From contig OY760183.1 of NCBI GenBank assembly GCA_963663275.1, positions 1,120,001 to 1,184,000 on the forward strand: 64,000 nt of DNA. Direction: 5' to 3'. Source of the stretch: Chloroflexota bacterium. Lineage in GTDB: Bacteria; Chloroflexota; UBA11872; VXOZ01. Both the position numbers and the translations under genes were made by a program. This document shows positions 51,969 through 61,936 of the stretch, piece after piece. The notes beneath the pieces were generated by a model, which did not search any database, was not told where the DNA came from, and saw only the letters and a program-made list of their open reading frames with translations. Position 1 is the stretch's first letter; each line of letters opens with the position of its first letter.

Positions 51969-54434
51969 TTAGCGCAGCGTGGCCTGGAGTGACGCTTGCA
52001 GCTTGGCGATGATGCGGTCGCGGATTTTGTTTACTTCTGCGTCTTTCAGGGTGCGGTCCGGGGCGCGGAAGGTGAGGGTGTAGGCCAGGCTGCGTTTGCC
52101 GTCGGGGACTTGGGGGCCTTGGTAGACGTCGAAGAGGTCGATGCTTTCCAGCAGGTTGCCGCCGGCCGCGCCAATTTCCCGCACCACGCGGGCGGCGGGA
52201 ATTGCCGCGTCCAGCACGATTGCCAGGTCTTGCACCACGGCCGGGTGGCGGGGCGGCGGCGCGAAGGCCGGCGTGGCGCGGGAGAGGTCTACCAAGTCGT
52301 GGAGGTTCAAGACCAAGGCCTGCGCCCGCTGGTCGACGTCGTACGCGGCGCCCACCTCGCCGTTGATCTCGCCCACGATGCCCAGCACGCGCTCGTCATC
52401 ACCCTGGCGCGCGGTCACCGCCGCAGCCCGGTACGGGTGGAACGTCGGGTGCTCCACCGGCGCGAAGCCGTAGTATTCAATGCCAAACTGCCGCAACACC
52501 TGCTCCGCCGCGCCCTTGATGGTGTAGAAGGTGTTCTGGGCGCGCGCCCCCCACTGCTCCGTGCGGAACTCGCTCATTACCGCGGTCAGCAGGCGGCGTT
52601 CCTCCGGCAGCGCGGACTCATTTGGCAGGAAGACCGGGCCAATCTCGAAGAGGCGCACGTCGCTGGACTGGCGGCGCAGATTGCTCGCCAGGGTTTCCAG
52701 CAGACCCGCCAGCGTGACCGTGCGCAGCGCGCTTGCCTCCGAAGTAAACGGATTCTTGAGGCGCAGCGGTTCGGCGTGCAGCGGCAGCGCCGCCGCGGCC
52801 GCGGCGCTGGCCAGGCCGGGGGGCATTTCCGCCGAGATGCCCTTCGGCAGCAGGCGTTCCATGCGGGCCTCATTGGTCAGCGTGTAGGTGATTGCCTCCG
52901 CAAAGCCCGCGCCCGCCATCACCTGCTTGGCGCGGTCCGTCCATACGCGCAAGGGGTCGGGCGCGCCTTCCGGCAGGGGGCCGGACGGCATGGTGGTGGG
53001 TATCTCGTCGTAACCCACCATGCGGGCCACTTCTTCCACCAGGTCGGCGGAGCAGGTCACGTCCAGCCGGTGCAGCGGCGCCGTGACCTGAAGCCGGTCG
53101 TTCTGCAGGCGGTACGAGAAGCCCAGGGGCCGCAGTTTCTCGGCGGCGCCGGTGAGTGAAATCTCCATGCCGAGCAAGCGCGAGAGGTCGCTTTCCGCCA
53201 ATTCGATCTCCGGGCGCTGCTGCGGGCGGACGTAAGAATCGGCGGCATGGCTGCGGGCGCGTCCGCCGGCGATTTCGACGATCAGCTCGATGGCGCGGTC
53301 GCGGGCGATGGGCGCCAGTTCCGGCGGCACGCCTTGTTCGAACCGCTTGGACGCCTCGCTGGGCAGCGCCAGCGCCTGCCGGGTGCGGCGGATGGAGGTG
53401 GGATTGAAACTGGCCGATTCCAGCAGGATACGGGTGGTGCGCGCCGTCACTTCCGTATCCAATCCGCCCATCACGCCCGCCAGCGCAATGGGGCCGCTGG
53501 GGTCGGCGATGACCAACATGCCGGCGCGCAGGGCGCGCTCCTCGCCGTCCAGCGTGGTCAGGCGCTCGCCGAGGGTGGCGCGGCGGACGATGATGTTGCC
53601 CTCCGCTACCTTGTCGTAATCGAAAGCGTGGAGCGGTTGGCCGAACTCCAGCATCACGTAGTTGGTGATGTCCACGATGTTGTTGATGGGCCTCATGCCG
53701 GCCGCCGTCAGCCGCTCCTGCATCCAGCGCGGCGACGGGCCGATGCTGACGTCGACCACAATGCCGGCCGCATAGCGCGCGCAGAGGTTCGGCTCCTTGA
53801 TGTCCACGCGCGCCACCGGCAGATTGGGCGTATCCAGCCGCCGGGTAACCGGTTGGCGCAGGCGCTCGCCCGTGAGCGCCGCCACTTCCCGCGCCACGTT
53901 CAGCATGGCCAAGCAGTCGCTGCGGTTGGGCTTCAGGTCAAGCTCCAGGATGGTGTCCCCCAGGTAGTCCTGGAGCGGCGCGCCCACCGGCGCGTCGGGA
54001 TCGAGGATGAGAATGCCCTCGTGGTCGTCGCCCAGGCCGAGTTCTCTGGCGGAGCAGACCATGCCCTCGGACTTGACGCCCCGCAAGACTGCCGGTTCAA
54101 GCTCTTTGCGCTGCGGCGTGTCGCTGTAGGCGTCGTTGAGCACGGCGCCGAGCAGCGCCGCGGGCACTTTATCACCCTGGGCAATGTTCATCGCGCCGGT
54201 CACGAACGTCGGCCGCTCCGCCTGCCCGTAGTCCACCGTGACAAGTTGCAAGCGATCGGCGTTGGGATGCGGTTGGATGTCCACGATCTCGCCGACGTAG
54301 GTATTCCGCCAGAAGTCGCCGACCGGCATGACCTGCGCGACCTCGATGCCGGCCATGGTCAACTCATGCGCCAGTTTTTCTACCGGCAGCTTAACCGGCA
54401 CGTATTCTTCTAACCAGCGGAGTGATACGCGCAT
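51969..54434 (-). CDS. pheT: Phenylalanine-tRNA ligase beta subunit
   Basis: HPNADRL, RGVKSEGMVCS, PNRSDCL, INNIVDITNYVMLE.GQPLHAFD, DLVEEVAR and an FDX-ACB C-terminus. Confidence 0.97.
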   Translation of the reverse strand: MRVSLRWLEEYVPVKLPVEKLAHELTMAGIEVAQVMPVGDFWRNTYVGEIVDIQPHPNADRLQLVTVDYGQAERPTFVTGAMNIAQGDKVPAALLGAVLNDAYSDTPQRKELEPAVLRGVKSEGMVCSARELGLGDDHEGILILDPDAPVGAPLQDYLGDTILELDLKPNRSDCLAMLNVAREVAALTGERLRQPVTRRLDTPNLPVARVDIKEPNLCARYAAGIVVDVSIGPSPRWMQERLTAAGMRPINNIVDITNYVMLEFGQPLHAFDYDKVAEGNIIVRRATLGERLTTLDGEERALRAGMLVIADPSGPIALAGVMGGLDTEVTARTTRILLESASFNPTSIRRTRQALALPSEASKRFEQGVPPELAPIARDRAIELIVEIAGGRARSHAADSYVRPQQRPEIELAESDLSRLLGMEISLTGAAEKLRPLGFSYRLQNDRLQVTAPLHRLDVTCSADLVEEVARMVGYDEIPTTMPSGPLPEGAPDPLRVWTDRAKQVMAGAGFAEAITYTLTNEARMERLLPKGISAEMPPGLASAAAAAALPLHAEPLRLKNPFTSEASALRTVTLAGLLETLASNLRRQSSDVRLFEIGPVFLPNESALPEERRLLTAVMSEFRTEQWGARAQNTFYTIKGAAEQVLRQFGIEYYGFAPVEHPTFHPYRAAAVTARQGDDERVLGIVGEINGEVGAAYDVDQRAQALVLNLHDLVDLSRATPAFAPPPRHPAVVQDLAIVLDAAIPAARVVREIGAAGGNLLESIDLFDVYQGPQVPDGKRSLAYTLTFRAPDRTLKDAEVNKIRDRIIAKLQASLQATLR

Positions 54435-54526
54435 GCGCTCATTGCCCTCCCGCGGAGCGCCCGTTCCGCCAGGCGCTTCTCTCTATGTGTGCCAGCAGGT
54501 GCAGCCCACTGGAACCGGCGCCGGAC

Positions 54527-54612
54527 TCAAACGAAACCGCCGTAGGCTTCAACCGAACTGTCGTAGGTTTCATGGGAACTGTTGCAGGCTTCAACGGAAC
54601 TGTTGTAGGAAG
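54527..54612 (-). repeat. Four ~21-bp tandem copies of the pheS terminal codons
   Basis: Minus strand CCTACAACAGTTCCGTTGA / AGCCTGCAACAGTTCCCATGA / AACCTACGACAGTTCGGTTGA / AGCCTACGGCGGTTTCGTTTGA. Confidence 0.78.
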
Positions 54613-55661
54613 CGGACGTCGTTATTGTAGAAGTAGCGAATGTCGTCTATGCCGTATTTCAGCATGGCGATGCGTTCCACGCCCATGCCGAAGGCAAAGC
54701 CGGAGTAGCGCGCCGGATCGTAGTTCACGGCCTCCAGCACGTTGGGATGCACCATGCCGCAGCCGAGAATCTCCAGCCAGCCGGTCTGCTTGCACACCCG
54801 GCAGCCGTCGCCGCCGCAGACGTGGCAACTGATGGATACTTCCGCGCCGGGCTCGACGAACGGGAAATACGAGCAGTTGAAGCGCACGCGCGTCTTGGCG
54901 CCGAACAGGTCGTGGGCGAACGCGGTGAGCACGCCTTTCAGGTCGGCCATGCTGGTGCGCTCGTCCACCGCCAGGCCTTCCACCTGGTAGAAGATGGCCT
55001 CGTGGCTGGCGTCGGTGGCCTCGTTGCGGTAGACGCGCCCCGGCGCCACGATGCGCACCGGCGGCGGCGTGTTCTCCATCACCCGTATCTGCACCGGCGA
55101 GGTGTGTGTGCGCAACAGCATGGAGCCGAAATTCTTGGTGGTGTCCGCGTCCACGTAGAACGTGTCCCACATGTCGCGCGCCGGATGGTCGGCGGGGATG
55201 TTGAGCATGGCGAAGTTGTAGCGGTCCCACTCCACCTCAGGGCCTTCGACAACCTGAAAGCCCATGCGCTCGAAGACGCCGAGAATGGCGTTGAGCACCT
55301 GCGTGGTGGGATGGAGTTGGCCCAATTGCGCCGGCTCGCCGGGCAGCGTAACGTCCAGCGCCTCCGTTTTGAGCTTCTCGGCGTGCTGGCCGCGCTTGAG
55401 CGCCGCCTGCCGCGCTTCCAGCGCCTCCGCCAAGCGCCCTTTGACCGTGTTGGCCAACTGCCCCACGCGGGGGCGCTCCGCTTTCGGCAAGCCGCCCAGA
55501 CCGCGCAAAAGCTGGGTGACCTTGCCGCTGCGCCCCAGATAGGTGGTGCGCCAGTCGTTCAGGTCCGCCTCAGCGGCGCACTCCGCCAACTGCGCCTGCG
55601 CTTCTTGCTCCAGCGCCTCGAGCTGCGCCGGAATGTCCGGTGTTGCGGTTTGGTCTGCCAT
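54591..55661 (-). CDS. pheS: Phenylalanine-tRNA ligase alpha subunit
   Basis: HPARDMWDTFY, LRTHTSPVQ, FYQVEG, YFPFVEP and GFAFGMGVER motifs. Confidence 0.98.
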   Translation of the reverse strand: MADQTATPDIPAQLEALEQEAQAQLAECAAEADLNDWRTTYLGRSGKVTQLLRGLGGLPKAERPRVGQLANTVKGRLAEALEARQAALKRGQHAEKLKTEALDVTLPGEPAQLGQLHPTTQVLNAILGVFERMGFQVVEGPEVEWDRYNFAMLNIPADHPARDMWDTFYVDADTTKNFGSMLLRTHTSPVQIRVMENTPPPVRIVAPGRVYRNEATDASHEAIFYQVEGLAVDERTSMADLKGVLTAFAHDLFGAKTRVRFNCSYFPFVEPGAEVSISCHVCGGDGCRVCKQTGWLEILGCGMVHPNVLEAVNYDPARYSGFAFGMGVERIAMLKYGIDDIRYFYNNDVRFLQQFR

Positions 55662-55749
55662 CGGTCGCTGTCCTTACCCTGTGCAAACGCGCACGCGCCG
55701 CGCTTCATAAACTGGAGTTCGCTGCCGCTCCGCTCACTCTATGAGCGCC

Positions 55750-55920
55750 GCTTCCGCGCGTCACGAGCGAGAGTTACGCACGCTACCGCCCACTTCCTCA
55801 ACGCCACCCGTTCCCGCGCATCAGGAGCGAGAGATTGGCGCTGGCCTGTACGCTCCGCGCGCAGCTCCCGCGCATCAGGAGCGAGAGATTGGCGCTGCCC
55901 TGTAGGCTCCGCGCGCGCCG
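55750..55920 (+). repeat. Two ~54-bp direct repeats plus one degenerate copy in the pheS leader
   Basis: TCCCGCGCATCAGGAGCGAGAGATTGGCGCTG.CCTGTA.GCTCCGCGCGC at ~55812 and ~55866. Confidence 0.8.
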
Positions 55921-55933
55921 CTCCTACGCCGCA

Positions 55934-55970
55934 CAAACAAAAAGCAGAAAGCGGGTCATCACTTTCTGCT
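55934..55970 (-). terminator. Rho-independent terminator in the pheS leader
   Basis: AGCAGAAAG-TGATGACCCG-CTTTCTGCT followed by TTTTGTTT. Confidence 0.7.
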
Positions 55971-56144
55971 CTGCCGGAAGGGCGGGGGTCTCTACACGGC
56001 TACGTTCCTGAAACGCGCCTGGCGCCGGCCCGGCCCTCCGGGCCCGTAAACTGCCTGCCCCTGGTATGCATCATGCCCCTCGAAACTAACATGGCCCTGC
56101 CCCTGTCCGGCGGACAAGGAACTGGCTCCCTACATTGGAAACTA

Positions 56145-56173
56145 AGTATAGCGGTGTAGCAGGCGCATGTCAA
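56145..56173 (-). promoter_or_regulatory. Near-consensus sigma70 promoter facing pheS
   Basis: TTGACA (56173..56168) - 17 nt - TATACT (56150..56145). Confidence 0.8.
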
Positions 56174-56661
56174 AAGTGCATGGCTGCAAGCGTTTCGCCA
56201 GGTTACCCGCGCTCTCCGGTGCGCCTTGACGCGGTTGGCGTTCGCTTGCCAGTGCCCGCTCGTCCCACGCCAACACACCGTAGCGCGGGGGCTTTTCCCC
56301 AATGCTGTCGCGTTAACGTAGCGCGGGGCTTGTCCCCCGCCGGAACCAGAAAAATGAGAGCGGAATTGTTTGACCCTATGGAAGATGCAGGTTATGCGCA
56401 CCTCTGGTGCGAACCTGCGCTACTGGAGAAATGAGCGTAGTTGTCTATCTCATTGCATTTAATGCGACAACACTAGGGTTTATGCCCCGCTCTGGACGCA
56501 TGAACCAATCACCGTTTCAGCCAAGGCGCTGAGAGCACACCCGCGCGTGAGGCAACGGATGTGGGGACCATCTGAGACCGTCATGCGATATACTTAACTG
56601 CGAGAAGGATGAGCAGGCCTCTGAGCCGCGCTTGTCCGGATTTGACGGAGAAGAATGCAGC

Positions 56662-58323
56662 ATGTCCACGCCACCGACCTACAAACCCCTCGAAATCGAG
56701 GTCACCGACTTCGGCCCCATCGCCCGGGCCAAACTCGACCTGCGCCCGCTCACCGTCTTCGTCGGCCCGAGCAACACGGGGAAATCCTACCTGGCGACGC
56801 TCATCTACGCGCTGCACCGGTTCTTTGGCGGCTACGCGTACGGCCCGAACTTCAACTCCAAGGCGCTCACGTTCTATCCTCTCCTTACCTCTCGCCCCGC
56901 CTGGTCTGACGCCTGGCTGCAAGCGATGACTGCCGCAGAGCATGATCTATTGCTGGACTGGGCGGCGCCTATGCTTGCGCGGGCGCGTGATGACGACTTC
57001 CCGGACGACTTTCGCGCTCATGTGCCGGAGGCCGTGGCGGCGCTCTTCCGCCCTATGTTCAGGGACGTGATAAACCTCGATGATCACTTGGAGCAGGAAA
57101 TCGCGCGCTGCTTTGGCAGCGAAGAGATTGCACGGCTTATTCGGCATGGCAGCAGGAAGGGCGCAAAAGTAGCCATGAGGCGGCATACTGCCGAAGCGAC
57201 TTCTCCGGTGGAGCCGATCACCCACGAATTCACGATTAGAGACAGGAAATGCACATTCACCGTTTCGCTTCCTGACGCAACTCCCTTGCACATCGAGAGA
57301 TGTGACGATGAACCGTGGTACCAGGAAAAGCTGCGGCTAATGGACTCGCACGTTAGCATCTACAGAGACCATGCGGCATCGAACAAGGGATATGTGGCGC
57401 ATGGAGTGCGAGACGATGTTGCTGACGTCATTGGCGCGCACCTTGTCAGCCCGCTGAATCGCGTTGCCCATTACCTGCCCGCCGACCGCGGCGGCGTGAT
57501 TGACGCGCACCGCGCGGTCCTGACCTCACTGATTAGAGAAGCGCCCCGCGTGACTTCCCATCGCGGCAATGGGGCCCCGATGCTCTCCGGCGTGGTCGCT
57601 GACTTTCTCGAACAGCTTGTCGGCTTCGGAGATTCGCCGCGAGGAGAACGTGGCGCCGCCATCTTCGAGGAACTTGCCGGGTTGAACGAATCCCTGGAGC
57701 GAGCGCGGGATGACAGCCGCACTCTCGCCGCGACGCTTGAGGCGGAAGTCCTCAAAGGCGCAGTGCATGTCCGGCGGTCGATTACTGACTATCCGATATT
57801 CTCATATCAGCCCCACGGGCAGAAGAGCGAGATGCCGCTAATGCAGACTTCATCTATGGTCTCCGAGTTAGCGCCAGTGGTATTGTATCTGCGCCACCGC
57901 GTGCATCCTGGTGACGTGCTTATCATCGAGGAGCCGGAGTCGCACCTGCATCCGGCCATGCAGGCGGCGTTCACGCGGCAAATTGCCGCGGTGGTGCGCG
58001 CCGGGGTGCGGGTGATGCTGACCACACACAGCGTATTCGTGCTGGAAGAACTGGCGAATCTCGTGCGCATGTCCGAACTGCCGGAATCGAAGCAAGCGGG
58101 ACTGAGAGGCGCTGAGTCGGCTCTGCGTGAAGAAGACGTGGGCGTATGGCTCTTTGAACAGAAGAGACGGCCCAAAGGCACTGTGGTAAGGGAAGTACCC
58201 TTGGATAGGGACGCGGGCCTCTTTCCCGCAGGCTACGGTGACGTAACCGCGGAAATCTACAACACATGGGTAGAGGTGGACAGTCGGATCGGAGAGAGTG
58301 ATCGAGAAGATGAGCCTCGTTAG
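56662..58323 (+). CDS. ABC-type AAA ATPase (AAA_15/AAA_21-like)
   Basis: DFGPI, GPSNTGKSY, YLPADRGG, TSSMVSELAP, IIEEPESHLHP and TTHS motifs. Confidence 0.85.
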   Translation: MSTPPTYKPLEIEVTDFGPIARAKLDLRPLTVFVGPSNTGKSYLATLIYALHRFFGGYAYGPNFNSKALTFYPLLTSRPAWSDAWLQAMTAAEHDLLLDWAAPMLARARDDDFPDDFRAHVPEAVAALFRPMFRDVINLDDHLEQEIARCFGSEEIARLIRHGSRKGAKVAMRRHTAEATSPVEPITHEFTIRDRKCTFTVSLPDATPLHIERCDDEPWYQEKLRLMDSHVSIYRDHAASNKGYVAHGVRDDVADVIGAHLVSPLNRVAHYLPADRGGVIDAHRAVLTSLIREAPRVTSHRGNGAPMLSGVVADFLEQLVGFGDSPRGERGAAIFEELAGLNESLERARDDSRTLAATLEAEVLKGAVHVRRSITDYPIFSYQPHGQKSEMPLMQTSSMVSELAPVVLYLRHRVHPGDVLIIEEPESHLHPAMQAAFTRQIAAVVRAGVRVMLTTHSVFVLEELANLVRMSELPESKQAGLRGAESALREEDVGVWLFEQKRRPKGTVVREVPLDRDAGLFPAGYGDVTAEIYNTWVEVDSRIGESDREDEPR

Positions 58324-58780
58324 CCGTGTAGAGAAGAACGTCAACAGAGAGTGCCTTGCCACGAGATGCCGCAAGGAAGGCTGCTCGTTAACCTTGAAAG
58401 ACCTCCCTAGGCCGTATCTTCTGATAGATATGGATCACAGAATGGCGCCAAGCGAAAGTCACGAGCGAAACAAGTGCGACTACATCTTCATTGGCGATGA
58501 AGGCAATTGGGTCGTGCCATTGGAATTGACTCGAGGCAAGCTTGAAGCCAACAAAGTCCTGCCGCAACTCCAAGCGGGCGCAAGAGTTGCCGAAGAGATA
58601 GTGCCTCGTAAAGCCCGGACTCAGTTCCGCCCTATTGCAGTCTATGGTCGTGAGTTCCGCGGTTCCGAACGCAACAAACTGTCGCAGAAAACGAACGGAA
58701 TACACTTTCGAGGCCAAGTCATGCTTGTCAGAGCGGTGAGGTCCCGTAGCCCGCTTGTTTCGGCCCTTAGCAAAGCATGA
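58310..58780 (+). CDS. Small basic protein, possible PD-(D/E)xK-like nuclease partner
   Basis: KCDYIF...PLELTRG...QLQAG pattern; overlaps the ATPase end. Confidence 0.5.
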   Translation: MSLVSRVEKNVNRECLATRCRKEGCSLTLKDLPRPYLLIDMDHRMAPSESHERNKCDYIFIGDEGNWVVPLELTRGKLEANKVLPQLQAGARVAEEIVPRKARTQFRPIAVYGREFRGSERNKLSQKTNGIHFRGQVMLVRAVRSRSPLVSALSKA

Positions 58781-60726
58781 GGAACCAATCCATGTCCCTT
58801 TCCCATCTCTGGCGGACGTACGGCCCCGTCGTTCAGTCTTCCCATTTTCGCACCGTTACCGCCACCGGCGTTCTCATGCTGGCGGCGTGGGTGGTTGCGT
58901 TGTTGGGCGTGGACGTGCCGTATCTGGCTACCGGTCTCGCGTTGGCGGCGGTGGGTATTGGTGGTTTGGGCATCGTGTGGGGGGCGTTGCAGGGGCTGTG
59001 GCAGCGGCAGGTGAACGTGGACGAACTGGTCAGCATTGCCGTGATCGCCTCGGTGCTGGCCGGCGAGCATCTCTCCGCCGCGTTGGTGGTCTTCATGATG
59101 ATCTTCGGCCAGTTGCTGGAGGAAGCCACCAGCCAGCGGGCCACCGCGGCTTTGGAGCACTTGGCCGCGCTACAGCCGGAGCGCGCGCACCGCGTGCACG
59201 GCGACGCCATTGAAGAAGTCGACGTGGACGACCTTCAAACCGGGGACGCGGTGCTGGCCAGGCCGGGCGAACGCCTGCCGGTGGACGGCGTGGTGCTAGC
59301 GGGCACGGCGGCCGTGGACGAAACCCTGGTCACCGGCGAATCGCTCCCCGTGCACAAAGAGCCGGGACACCGCGTCTACGCCGGCACGCTCAACCACGAC
59401 GGCGCGCTCACCATCCGCACGGAGGCCGTGGGCGAACAGGCCTACGTCGGTCAGATTTCGCGCCTGCTGGACGCGCTGGAAGAAGAACGCGCGCCGATCG
59501 TGCGCGTGGCGGACCGCTACGCCAAGTACTTCACCCCCGCGATTCTCATCGTCGCCGCCGCCACCTGGCTCATTTCCCGCGATCTCAGCGCGGCGCTGGC
59601 GGTCTTGATCATCGCCTGCCCGTGCGCGCTGGTGCTGGCCACGCCGACCGCCATCGTCGCCGGGGTGGCGAACGCGGCGCGGCAGGGCATTCTCATCAAA
59701 GGCGGCGCGCGCTTCGAGGCCGCCGGGTCCGTGGATACCGTCGCGGTGGATAAGACCGGCACCCTCACCCGGGGTACGCCCGTGGTGCGGCAGGTGATAC
59801 CGGCGGAAGGCGTGCGGGCCGAAGACCTGCTTACGCTCGCGGCGGCGGTGGAACGCTTCTCCGAACACCCGCTGGGCAAGGCGCTGGTAGACCATGCGGC
59901 CGAACAATCGCTGGAACTGCCGCCGGCGGAAGACTTTCGCGCGTTTCCGGGCCGGGGTGTGGAGGCGCGTGTGGCGGGGCGGCGCGTGCTGGTCGGAACC
60001 CGTGAATTGCTCTACCAACAAGGTGTAACGGACGTGCCGCCGCCGGAAGCCGCGCCCGACGCGGGCAGCCTGATGCTGGTGGCAATCGACGGCCGGTTTA
60101 GCGGCTGGATACAGTTTGCCGATACCGTGCGTCCCGGCGCGGCGCAGGCGATCGAGCACCTGCGCGCGCTGGGCATCGGGCAGGTGGTCATGCTCACCGG
60201 CGACCGGCAGCAGGAGGCGCGGCGCCTGGCCGCGGCCGTGGGCATTGACAATTGGCGCGCGCGCTTGCTGCCGCAGGACAAGGTTGACTGGATCCGCGGC
60301 GCGCGGGACGCGGGCAGCCGCGTGGCCATGGCCGGCGACGGCGTGAACGACGCCCCGGCCCTGGCGGCCGCCGACCTCGGCATTGTGATGGGCGGCACGG
60401 GCACGGCGGTGGCGGCGGAAACGGCCGACATCGCCCTGATGCGCGGCGAGATCGGCCAACTGCCCACGGCGGTAGCCATCAGCCGCATGACCCTGCGCGG
60501 CGTGAAGCAAAACCTGCTCTTCGCGCTGGTCTGGAATCTGGTCGGCATCGCGCTGGCGGCCACCGGCGTGCTGGGCCCAATCGCCGCCGCGCTGGCGCAC
60601 AACCTCGGTTCGGTGGCGGTGGTGGTAAACGCCGCCCGCTACATAGCCGCGCCCACCAAACTGCCGCCGCACACCCACCAGGAGCGGACAACCCAGCAGC
60701 CCGACGCCGTTTCCGATCCCGTTTGA
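58777..60726 (+). CDS. Heavy-metal translocating P1B-type ATPase without an N-terminal HMA domain
   Basis: TGES, ACPCAL, DKTGTLT, SEHPL and GDGVNDAPAL motifs. Confidence 0.93.
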   Translation: MRNQSMSLSHLWRTYGPVVQSSHFRTVTATGVLMLAAWVVALLGVDVPYLATGLALAAVGIGGLGIVWGALQGLWQRQVNVDELVSIAVIASVLAGEHLSAALVVFMMIFGQLLEEATSQRATAALEHLAALQPERAHRVHGDAIEEVDVDDLQTGDAVLARPGERLPVDGVVLAGTAAVDETLVTGESLPVHKEPGHRVYAGTLNHDGALTIRTEAVGEQAYVGQISRLLDALEEERAPIVRVADRYAKYFTPAILIVAAATWLISRDLSAALAVLIIACPCALVLATPTAIVAGVANAARQGILIKGGARFEAAGSVDTVAVDKTGTLTRGTPVVRQVIPAEGVRAEDLLTLAAAVERFSEHPLGKALVDHAAEQSLELPPAEDFRAFPGRGVEARVAGRRVLVGTRELLYQQGVTDVPPPEAAPDAGSLMLVAIDGRFSGWIQFADTVRPGAAQAIEHLRALGIGQVVMLTGDRQQEARRLAAAVGIDNWRARLLPQDKVDWIRGARDAGSRVAMAGDGVNDAPALAAADLGIVMGGTGTAVAAETADIALMRGEIGQLPTAVAISRMTLRGVKQNLLFALVWNLVGIALAATGVLGPIAAALAHNLGSVAVVVNAARYIAAPTKLPPHTHQERTTQQPDAVSDPV

Positions 60727-60794
60727 ACCCCGGCCGCGGCGCGCTTCACGCATGACGGCAGGGGCACGACGCGTCGTGCCTCTGCCGGCGCGAC

Positions 60795-61442
60795 TCAGCA
60801 CGGACAACCAGCGTTTTCCGCGGCAGAGCGGAGGCCATCGCCAAACTCCCCAACCGCCGCCGGCGCGATGGGCCGCGCGCCGAGAGCGAGCAGGTTGGCG
60901 TTGGCGGGACTCTCCAGGGCCAGCAGGGGCGTGCCGGTGGGCGCCAGGGCCTGGGCAAAGGCCTCGGTGCGGCTGCCGGGCGCGGCGTGGATGAAGAGCG
61001 TCCGGCGGGCCAGGCCGGCTACCAGGTCGTTGCGCCGCGCCGCCGTTGCCGCCGTCGGCCGGCGCTGGGAATCGGGAAAGGGCGATAGCACGAGCAGCCG
61101 CCCTGCCTTCAGAGCGGCGCGCCACTCCCGGGGGATGCGCATGGCGCCGATGCCTCGCGCCGGACAGACCACCACCGGCTGGCGGCCGCGCAGGAGCAGC
61201 CGCAGGCACTCTTTCTCCACCGGCGTCTGAAAGCCGCCAATCACCGGCGCGCCGGCCTCGCGCAAGGCCTTGGCTAGGTCGAACGCCCGCAGGATCACGT
61301 CGCCGGGACAGCGCTGGGAGCAGAAGAGCGCCGTCAGCGGCAGCGCCAGCAGGCGCGGATTGCCCCGGTGGGCCGTCCCCGGAGGCAGCGGGGGCGGCGC
61401 CCGTTCAGGTGAAAGATTCATGTCAACGAGGTGTTCTGGCAT
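60795..61442 (-). CDS. Short DprA/Smf-like (SLOG fold) protein
   Basis: ALFCSQRCP, VIGGFQTPVEKECL, VVCPARG, LSPF and RRNDLVA motifs; start uncertain. Confidence 0.65.
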   Translation of the reverse strand: MPEHLVDMNLSPERAPPPLPPGTAHRGNPRLLALPLTALFCSQRCPGDVILRAFDLAKALREAGAPVIGGFQTPVEKECLRLLLRGRQPVVVCPARGIGAMRIPREWRAALKAGRLLVLSPFPDSQRRPTAATAARRNDLVAGLARRTLFIHAAPGSRTEAFAQALAPTGTPLLALESPANANLLALGARPIAPAAVGEFGDGLRSAAENAGCPC

Positions 61443-61494
61443 CGAGGCGTGGAGAGGAGAACGTCGCGTTCCTTGCAGTCCGGCTCGCCAACCC

Positions 61495-61695
61495 TCAAAC
61501 CGTCTCGAACTGCAACGCCGAGAGATTCACGCGGGACGAGCGTTTGGAGAGATCGAGCATTTCCACCCCTACCACTTCGTCAGCCTCGTTAGAGTCGAGC
61601 ACGACGCCGGGCGACACCTCCTCGGATTCCACGATGGGGGAGTCGTCCAAGCGCAGGTAGAGGGTGTCCGCTTCCTTGTCCACGTTCAGCCTCAT
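61495..61695 (-). CDS. DUF2283-like antitoxin (orphan)
   Basis: MRLNVDKEADTLYLRL...SEEVSPGVVLD...VVGVEML. Confidence 0.82.
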   Translation of the reverse strand: MRLNVDKEADTLYLRLDDSPIVESEEVSPGVVLDSNEADEVVGVEMLDLSKRSSRVNLSALQFETV

Positions 61696-61790
61696 AGCTC
61701 GCCTCTCATGCTTCGTTCTGAAGAATGAGATCGCTGCGCGCCGCGGAGCGGCGCTCCGGGCCGCCGTTGAGGACACCCCTTATGGAGCAG
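61692..61790 (-). pseudogene. Possible relic of a DUF4258/BrnT-like toxin 3' end
   Basis: TTCTTC(AGAA)CGAAGCATGAGAGGCGAGCTATGA reads FF-(frameshift)-RSMRGEL-stop, with ATGA overlap into the DUF2283 gene. Confidence 0.4.
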
Positions 61791-61936
61791 CCCCTTGCGT
61801 TGGACTTGCGCAGCGCCACCGCTTCTGCCGCCTGCCCCGTCTCCGGCTCAGAACTGGCAAAGTCCACCTTGCCACGGGGCTGGAGCGTTGTTCTGACGTG
61901 CAGCGGCTCTCGCGTGGTTCACTCCCTGCAATGCAA

